From Gammaproteobacteria bacterium (GTDB lineage: Bacteria > Pseudomonadota > Gammaproteobacteria > VBWC01), in the NCBI GenBank assembly GCA_006218035.1, contig VBWC01000010.1:203572-267571 (forward strand): a stretch of DNA of 64,000 nucleotides. The letters are read 5' to 3'. Shown one piece after another: positions 57,351-64,000 of the stretch; the first letter of the stretch is position 1; each line of letters begins with the position of its first letter. Both the position numbers and the translations under genes were made by a program. Under the pieces are notes generated by a model that saw nothing but the letters and a program-made list of their open reading frames with translations, searched no databases and had not been told where the DNA came from.

Positions 57351-60300
57351 TTACGAGACCAGCCTGGAAACGAGCCCGCTATGCACATGCGGTTTAATCT
57401 TCCTCCAGTTTTTGTGGTACCAGTCGACTATCAGCTCCCTGACCATCGCAATCGACCCCTGGGTTATTGAGCTACAAACCGGCGCCACATCCTCCAACAG
57501 AAACGGCAGCTCCAGAATCTGCGAGTACTGAAAATATTGATCCGGATTTTTTTCAATATCCTCCACGGCCTCCTCCAGCGTGCGCGCAATGGACTCACGG
57601 TCGCTGCCTGGCCCTTCCGTGACCATGGCGAGATAAACGACGCCGGACCACAACATCCTGGTACCGCCTTGCAATCTATGTATTAGGCCGATGAAGACCT
57701 GATCGTTTCTGGCAAGAATTTCGTTGACGCGATCAACATATATCTGCGGATCAATGCCAGCGCTGACGAGCCACTTCACCGTGAACGACAGAATAAACGG
57801 CAAATCTTCCAGATCTCCACGATCATGCTGAAGAAATACACCCTGCGCGGCCCCTGTCTCCTTCAGGTTGCGTCGCCGCCATAGCCAACGCCCCATGACG
57901 ATATTTTTTGCCACCTTGAAACACGCGAACACCCGGACGATTTCGTCCTCCAGCTCAGCAAATACAGGCTGAAGCACATCCTTCCTGAATGCGGCAAATG
58001 CGTGAGGATTATCCTGCACCTGAATCAACGCCACGAGAATATCCCGAAAATCGGGATTTTCCACAACACCGGCCCGCAAGAACGCTACCGCTGAATTTAC
58101 ATTGTCGCTTAATAGCTGCGCTGACGCGGCATTCGAATCAGCGTTGCTCCGGCCATACAATGTCATCAATTCATCAACGACCCGCGAATCAAGAAACCGG
58201 CGGTCAAGTTTCGAAATAGCACGAAATCGCGTAATTGCTTCCGCCTCTTCTCGCTCTCCCGCCGCGGTCAGATACCCGCCAATCGCATGATACAGACAGA
58301 GCTTGTTCAGCAAATCGGCGCCCGTTTCCGAAAGCGCAACCGATCCGCCAACAAGAGCCTTTGCCAGCGTCCCAACATCGATCAAATGCTCGACCAGTCT
58401 GGGATCCTCTGCCTGCTTTTTCATTAAGACATTGAAGTCGTTGTCATGCAGCGCAGGATATGTCCCATTGACGATACGCAGCCCTCTCTTGTTACGCCGA
58501 ATGGACAACTTCTCTTTTATGTTATAGGCAAAGACCAAACCGAAATCTGAATTTGCGCTGACATCGGGACTTTTCTCAACGAATGTCGTCGGGTCAGCGA
58601 CCAATGCCTTGGGCCCTCCTTCAATAAACGCCTCGTAGCGCTTCGATCCGGAGAACAATCGATACAGATTTGGCAAATGCCGGACCTCTTCAATCGGCAT
58701 GACAACGGCCGTGTTGGTCATCGCATTGTCGATAACAACATGGTTTCGAAGACCGATTATCTCGATCGGCAGGTCATCCGAAATCACCAGATTATCGGCA
58801 CAGGAAAGCAGCTTCACCTTTTCCGGCTGACCCAGACAAACATTTCCATCGCCGCGATCGAATCTGTCGTGTCCCTGATAAAACCGCTTTACGCTTGTTC
58901 CCGGGACACCAAAATCCTCGAAGCGTGCTTCAGGATCGAGAATCGACGTCGCCAGCCTGACTTGACCATCGTCGTCCCGTTTCCATGGCGCGGCGCGGGA
59001 AAGAAGATTCTCAGCGAGATTTCCGGATTGCGGCTTGCCAGGCACCAACTTTCGATAGTAGAACTCGTTGAATACAATCGCACCGCATTCCCACGCGAGG
59101 CTCCCAGGCGCATTTCTGACTTCTTCAAAGTCTTCCTGACCGGGCTTTTCAATAAACCGGGGTACCTCATAGGACCGATAGGAGTGTAATTTTCTGGTAT
59201 ATAAGTGGTGCCCGAATCGAATATCGATAATCGCGTTCTTGTCCGCGGGTTTCCCTATGCTGACTATGCAACTGTTCTCGCGCGCGGTAATCAAGGCGCA
59301 GGCTACTGCATCCTGAAATCGCGCATAGGGGGCGATCACATTATCGCCCATGGAGATAATCACCATGCGATTTTGCTGATCACCGTCGATGGGCAGACCA
59401 TCCAGCGCAAGGCCCACCGCCGGGATAGTTCCCTTGGGTTCCTTTTCAATAACGCAGTTCTCTATCGGAACCCCTTCTTGCCCCGCCTGATCGGACACTT
59501 TATCCAGCGCGTTTGCACTGCACAAAATAAATATACGATCCGGCCTGATGAAGTAATCGTAGGTGAATCGTCGAATGGTCTCCTGCAATAACGAACGGTC
59601 GCCAAGCAAGGAATAGGACACCGGCTTCGGACGGTTTTCGCAGGAGATAGGCCAAACCCTCGACCCGATCCCGCCGGCCAGTATCGCCACATAGGTATCG
59701 TTCAGAATTGACGACAGGTAGTATTTACTCAGACCACGCAAACAGAACATGTTGGTCCAGTAGCTTTGCGTGTCGGCCTCCAGCTTGCCCTGAAATTCCC
59801 TCTCGTAGAAACCATACTGAAAATAGCCATCGCCGCCCTTTTTCATCTCGAGCAGCTTGGCCGCCAACCGGTCCATCACCGGCTGCCAGGCAGAATCGAG
59901 TCGCCCCATCTGCATCAGATCGGCGGCAAGGGCCAGAACCTGGGAAAGCGCATCGGTTCTGAAACGTGCCAGCGGTACGTCTTCTGACGAGTCGATGACC
60001 TGGGGAATCTCACCCTCTTTACAGTGCCCCAGAGCCCACTCGGTCGCTCGCCTGGCCGACTCGATAAGAACGTCGTTATTGGTCTTGCGTCCCACATGCA
60101 ACAGGCCTTCGGTAGCGTAGCAATGGGGATGCAATTCGGTTCGACCGCTGGATGTCTCGAAGTTGCCCCGTAGCGACTGGAACTGCAGCACGTTCCGACA
60201 GATGGATTCGGCTGCGGAGAAGTATTTCTCCTGATTCGTGGCTTCGTACAGATCGATAAGTGCTTCGGCGACTTTGGAATGAAATGCGCCAAAGCGCCTC

Positions 60301-60845
60301 GACCACTTGGCCTGCTCGGCGGGTACCGGTTCACCCATGGCGGCATCATAGATGGCATCGACCTCGCCTTTCGGGCTGATGACCCGCTCTACCAGGTAAT
60401 CGCCCATGCGAATGGCAGAGCGTAGTACCGGTTCGTCACCGGCAAACCGGTAGAGCGCCACCATGCCACGCAAACAGATCGCGACATCAAAGGAGAATAT
60501 CCGTCGCCCGGCAAACGACTTGTCGGCTAGATCCGGCTCGCCATCCCGCTCAAAATAGTATCGGGTCAGCACGCCACCGGAGGGGTCCTGGGCGTGGCTC
60601 ATGATCCACTCGGCGCTTTTTTTTGCCTTGGCGAGATATCGCCGGTTGCCCGTCAGCGACAGCAATGTCAAGTCATCGAGAATTGCATACCCGGTGACCT
60701 CGGTAAAAAGAAACCTCGGCGTGCCGTCTTCACGGCCCGGCTCGACAACCGCCCCGGTGTCCGGATCGAAAAAGACACCCAGATTTTTCTCATAGTCCCC
60801 AAGAACGCTCTTATAGAAGTTCTTAATTGTCATTTCGCTACCCAT
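57351..60845 (-). CDS. 1164-aa three-module protein: an N-terminal AGE-like (alpha/alpha)6 six-hairpin domain, a central sugar-1-phosphate nucleotidyltransferase (mannose-1-P guanylyltransferase-like) domain, and a C-terminal helical domain of unknown function of about 330 aa.
   Basis: The nucleotidyltransferase signature is YVAILAGGIGSRVWPISCENRPKPVSYSLLGDRSLLQETIRR. The N-terminal roughly 380 aa has AGE/YihS-like composition. No recognisable motif was found in the C-terminal third. Confidence 0.6.
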   Translation of the reverse strand: MGSEMTIKNFYKSVLGDYEKNLGVFFDPDTGAVVEPGREDGTPRFLFTEVTGYAILDDLTLLSLTGNRRYLAKAKKSAEWIMSHAQDPSGGVLTRYYFERDGEPDLADKSFAGRRIFSFDVAICLRGMVALYRFAGDEPVLRSAIRMGDYLVERVISPKGEVDAIYDAAMGEPVPAEQAKWSRRFGAFHSKVAEALIDLYEATNQEKYFSAAESICRNVLQFQSLRGNFETSSGRTELHPHCYATEGLLHVGRKTNNDVLIESARRATEWALGHCKEGEIPQVIDSSEDVPLARFRTDALSQVLALAADLMQMGRLDSAWQPVMDRLAAKLLEMKKGGDGYFQYGFYEREFQGKLEADTQSYWTNMFCLRGLSKYYLSSILNDTYVAILAGGIGSRVWPISCENRPKPVSYSLLGDRSLLQETIRRFTYDYFIRPDRIFILCSANALDKVSDQAGQEGVPIENCVIEKEPKGTIPAVGLALDGLPIDGDQQNRMVIISMGDNVIAPYARFQDAVACALITARENSCIVSIGKPADKNAIIDIRFGHHLYTRKLHSYRSYEVPRFIEKPGQEDFEEVRNAPGSLAWECGAIVFNEFYYRKLVPGKPQSGNLAENLLSRAAPWKRDDDGQVRLATSILDPEARFEDFGVPGTSVKRFYQGHDRFDRGDGNVCLGQPEKVKLLSCADNLVISDDLPIEIIGLRNHVVIDNAMTNTAVVMPIEEVRHLPNLYRLFSGSKRYEAFIEGGPKALVADPTTFVEKSPDVSANSDFGLVFAYNIKEKLSIRRNKRGLRIVNGTYPALHDNDFNVLMKKQAEDPRLVEHLIDVGTLAKALVGGSVALSETGADLLNKLCLYHAIGGYLTAAGEREEAEAITRFRAISKLDRRFLDSRVVDELMTLYGRSNADSNAASAQLLSDNVNSAVAFLRAGVVENPDFRDILVALIQVQDNPHAFAAFRKDVLQPVFAELEDEIVRVFACFKVAKNIVMGRWLWRRRNLKETGAAQGVFLQHDRGDLEDLPFILSFTVKWLVSAGIDPQIYVDRVNEILARNDQVFIGLIHRLQGGTRMLWSGVVYLAMVTEGPGSDRESIARTLEEAVEDIEKNPDQYFQYSQILELPFLLEDVAPVCSSITQGSIAMVRELIVDWYHKNWRKIKPHVHSGLVSRLVS

Positions 60846-60892
60846 TATCCCGATTCGCCAATTGTCCCCGTATAAAACTATTCAGATCAAAC

Positions 60893-62017
60893 TTAAAGTT
60901 TGTGAGCTTGAATCGTGCTGTTAACGATTCTTGAACCGGCCTTTCCGTCACCATACGGGTTGTGAGCGAAACTCATCGCTTTATAAGCCTGGTCATCGTC
61001 CAGCAATCGCTCTGCCTCCGTCACCATCAGTTTCTCGTCGGTACCGACGAGACGCACCGTACCCGCCTGAACCGCTTCGGGCCGCTCCGTGGTGTCTCTC
61101 ATCACCAGCACCGGCTTCCCCAACGACGGCGCCTCTTCCTGGATACCTCCCGAATCGGTCAGTATCAGGTATGACCGGGTCATCAGATAAACAAATGGAA
61201 GATAATCCAGAGGGCTTATCAAATAAACATTACCGGTGCTACCCAGTATTCGATTGACCGGCTCCTGCACGTTGGGATTCAAGTGTACCGGGTAGACAAT
61301 CTGCACATCATTGCGCGCGGCCAGGGTAGCAAGCGCCCGGCATATGCGCTCGAAACCACCGCCGAAACTTTCGCGCCGATGACCCGTCACAAGAATCAGG
61401 CGCTTGCTCGGGTCAAGAAACGGGAAAAGCCCTGACATCTCCCGGTTAAGTCCGTCGTTGCTCTCAAGATAACCCGCCACTTCCAGCAGTGCATCTATGA
61501 CGGTATTTCCGGTGACATGAATCGACGATTCCGGAACACCCTCGCGCAACAGATTGTCCCGCGCCCAACTGGTAGGGGCGAAATGAAGGTCCGCAATTCC
61601 GGATGTCAGCTTGCGATTGATCTCCTCTGGCCACGGAGAATAAATATTCCACGTCCGAAGCCCTGCCTCGACGTGGCCGACCGGAACTTTGTGATAATAC
61701 GCCGCCAGAGTAGCAGCGAGCGTCGTCGTCGTGTCGCCATGCACCAGTATTCTGTCAGGCTTCAACGCCGAGATCACGTCCTGCATACCTTCCAGTACGG
61801 CACAATTGATCGCTGTAAGATCCTGCCCCTTCTTCATGATATTCAGATCGTAATCGGGCGTTATCTTGAACAAACGCAGTACGGAATCGAGCATCTCACG
61901 ATGCTGGGCAGTGATACAAACGGAAGTGCTTATGCGTCCGTCGGCCCGCAAGGCCTTAATGACGGGGGCCATCTTGATCGCTTCTGGCCGCGTACCAAAA
62001 ACGGTTAACAATTTCAT
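60893..62017 (-). CDS. wecB: UDP-N-acetylglucosamine 2-epimerase, non-hydrolysing.
   Basis: [19 protein letters not shown]..., HVEAGLRT, and colinearity with WecB/MnaA over the whole length. Confidence 0.9.
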   Translation of the reverse strand: MKLLTVFGTRPEAIKMAPVIKALRADGRISTSVCITAQHREMLDSVLRLFKITPDYDLNIMKKGQDLTAINCAVLEGMQDVISALKPDRILVHGDTTTTLAATLAAYYHKVPVGHVEAGLRTWNIYSPWPEEINRKLTSGIADLHFAPTSWARDNLLREGVPESSIHVTGNTVIDALLEVAGYLESNDGLNREMSGLFPFLDPSKRLILVTGHRRESFGGGFERICRALATLAARNDVQIVYPVHLNPNVQEPVNRILGSTGNVYLISPLDYLPFVYLMTRSYLILTDSGGIQEEAPSLGKPVLVMRDTTERPEAVQAGTVRLVGTDEKLMVTEAERLLDDDQAYKAMSFAHNPYGDGKAGSRIVNSTIQAHKL

Positions 62018-62065
62018 ACGGGATACGTTCTCTCGTGCTTCTATTATTGAATTCTGGAATCGGAA

Positions 62066-63223
62066 TCAGGCCAGAATATCGCCGAGCTGTCTTATCGTTT
62101 TGCGATTCCACGCCGAGGCATATTCATAAGCGCCTCTCGCAAGGCGTGACGCGTGATCACTATCGCTGAGACATTTTATTATATGTTCTGAAAAATCACC
62201 CGGGCTGTCAGCCAGAAGAAAGGCGCTGCCCGCCCCGTCCTCCAGTCCTTCTGCTCCGGTAGGCGAAGTCACGAGGGGTTTCGAATACCCCAGGGCCTCG
62301 AGATTCTTGATACTCAGCCCGGTATTAAACCGCACCGGATTTATTACCACCGCAGCGGCCTCATATACGGGCACAAGATCATCAACTCGCCCCAGCTTCA
62401 CAACCCCGGGCTGGTCATTCACGGCCTTGCAGACGCTTCCAGCCAGCGCGAGCTCGGCTCCCGGAACTTCGTTTCTGATCGCCGGAAACGCGTCAGCAAT
62501 AAACTGATTGATGCCATCGCTGTTAATCGGATTGTCTGAAGCGACAAACAGTATCTGTTTTCCTGCGTCTCGTTTTAACGCTTCGCGCAGCGCAACAATG
62601 TGTCCGATCGTGATCACTTTTCTGGACGTCAAACCTGAGAAAAAATCGCGCTCCAGATCCTGGATGGCGATGACCACGTCGGCCCTGTCGAGCGCCTTCG
62701 CTTCCTCTTGACGAGTCGTCGAATACCACTGTGGCACCTGACCGTTTTTGAGATATTTGAGATGGCGGTCGGTAAATACGTCGTGCGTATCGACGATCTT
62801 AAGCACATCATTGCCAAACAGCTCGAGGATTCGGGAAAAGAAAACATATTCGACGATAACCACATCGAATCGGAACCTCTCATTGAGATCGGTTATAGCG
62901 CCGTCAATCGACGGGTCATACCATTCATCAATGGAATAGACGTACCTGGCATCCGGCTTAAAAATTGACTGGATTTTTCTTTTCCAGCGCGCGCCCGGGC
63001 TGTGCGGACGATGATACGGTACCGAAAAAAATCGATCGCCCCATACTTTTCTCATCGCTTCTTCGTCACCCGGCTCACTTTGAACGTGACAGAAATACAC
63101 GTCGTGCCCGAGTTGCTGAAGGCCGGACAACAAACCATCAATTCTTGTTCTGTTACCAGCCGTTTGTGGATGGGTGGGCGTGGGAGAAACAAGCAGAATC
63201 TTTTTCATCGACATGATATCCAA
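62066..63223 (-). CDS. Glycosyltransferase, GT-B/GT4-like.
   Basis: C-terminal ...INPVRFNTGLSIKNLEALGYSKPLVTSPTGAEG resembles the GT4 donor-binding region. Confidence 0.55.
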   Translation of the reverse strand: MDIMSMKKILLVSPTPTHPQTAGNRTRIDGLLSGLQQLGHDVYFCHVQSEPGDEEAMRKVWGDRFFSVPYHRPHSPGARWKRKIQSIFKPDARYVYSIDEWYDPSIDGAITDLNERFRFDVVIVEYVFFSRILELFGNDVLKIVDTHDVFTDRHLKYLKNGQVPQWYSTTRQEEAKALDRADVVIAIQDLERDFFSGLTSRKVITIGHIVALREALKRDAGKQILFVASDNPINSDGINQFIADAFPAIRNEVPGAELALAGSVCKAVNDQPGVVKLGRVDDLVPVYEAAAVVINPVRFNTGLSIKNLEALGYSKPLVTSPTGAEGLEDGAGSAFLLADSPGDFSEHIIKCLSDSDHASRLARGAYEYASAWNRKTIRQLGDILA

Positions 63224-63279
63224 CTGGGACTACAGGAAACTTTCATAGGTGACTATTCAATACCGAAAAACGCTGGCGC

Positions 63280-63987
63280 TTATCGTTTATCGGCAACATC
63301 GCCGACGCCGTGATCCGCATCGCCTCTGTAGCGGATCACGCGAGCCGGAATACCGACTGCAATCGCGTTGTCCGGAATTTTCCCGGTTACCACAGACCCC
63401 GCCCCGATAACGGCGCCATTACCGATTTCAACACCATCCAGCACTATCACACCATATCCAAGCCAGACGTCATCGCCAACGGATATGCCTCCCGCCGTAT
63501 ATATAGGTTGCTCGCGAATGGAACGGCGCGAATCCACGGCGTGATTGTACGGATAAAACGCACAACCAGGCGCAATTTCTACACGCTTGCCGATCCGCAG
63601 ACACCCCTTGTAGGCGGAAATCTGGCAGCGTGGCTGAACATGGGTATCGTCGCCGATAATCACGCTACCGCCGACCCCGGTTTGAATCACGCTCTCGCGA
63701 TGCAAATGCACCCCGTTGCCGAGAGTCACCGGGCCGCCATCGTCATCCTGATAAATCAGAACACGCTCACCAATAAAACAATGTTGTCCCAATACCAGTC
63801 CGGCATGATGAATGGTTGCTCCGGGCGCAGTAAATCCGCGTTCGTCCAGATTCGCAAGCGCGATCTGCCCGTAAAATGGCGGGACGAGCCAGGTTGCCAG
63901 GAAAGCCGCGATACGCCCGCCGGGGCGAGCGTGCGATCGTTTCACCCAGAAACGCGTCCATACCTTCCGGAAACGATAAAAACGCAT
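63280..63987 (-). CDS. Left-handed beta-helix (hexapeptide-repeat) acyl/acetyltransferase, likely a sugar O- or N-acetyltransferase.
   Basis: Hexapeptide repeats: VGDDVWLGYGVIVLDGVEIGNGAVIGAGSVVTGKIPDNAIAVGIPAR. Confidence 0.75.
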   Translation of the reverse strand: MRFYRFRKVWTRFWVKRSHARPGGRIAAFLATWLVPPFYGQIALANLDERGFTAPGATIHHAGLVLGQHCFIGERVLIYQDDDGGPVTLGNGVHLHRESVIQTGVGGSVIIGDDTHVQPRCQISAYKGCLRIGKRVEIAPGCAFYPYNHAVDSRRSIREQPIYTAGGISVGDDVWLGYGVIVLDGVEIGNGAVIGAGSVVTGKIPDNAIAVGIPARVIRYRGDADHGVGDVADKR

Positions 63988-64000
63988 TAGCCCTGTTTCC

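Overview
This is a 64 kb chromosomal window from a high-GC proteobacterium, probably a gammaproteobacterium (my own inference from the sequence). Housekeeping genes present are pyrC, rnt, grxD, argD-argF, a diheme cytochrome c4, a PepB-like M17 peptidase, a LysR regulator and a multi-PAS GGDEF/EAL sensor. It has three notable parts. (1) A heterotetramer-type 2-oxoacid dehydrogenase operon (E1 alpha, E1 beta) whose last gene is a single 1007-aa open reading frame encoding a complete E2 (two lipoyl domains, an E3-binding domain and an acyltransferase core) fused in frame to a complete E3 dihydrolipoyl dehydrogenase. A 445-bp block of mosaic repeats separates it from E1 beta. (2) A high-GC glycan-modification cassette on the plus strand, in this order: ATP-grasp, two DegT-family aminotransferases, a TauD-like Fe/2OG dioxygenase, a GT4 transferase, a PglC-like phosphosugar transferase, an OmpA/TSP3 outer-membrane protein and an ABC-2 exporter. 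(3) From about 31.4 kb to the end, a surface-polysaccharide locus whose GC content drops visibly from about 35.6 kb. It contains many GT4 glycosyltransferases, a Wzy-like polymerase, wecB, a WbaP-like priming transferase, three tandem AsnB-family amidotransferases (two lack the N-terminal Cys nucleophile), a hexapeptide acetyltransferase, a 1164-aa three-module protein (AGE-like six-hairpin, NDP-sugar pyrophosphorylase and an unknown C-terminal domain), two lipoproteins that share a C-terminal Cys-pair FN3-like domain (one carries a malectin-like carbohydrate-binding domain), and a membrane protein with a degenerate J-domain. The intergenic space holds a family of modular, partly TIR-bearing repeat elements at five or more sites. 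No rRNA, tRNA, CRISPR array, transposase or integrase was recognised.
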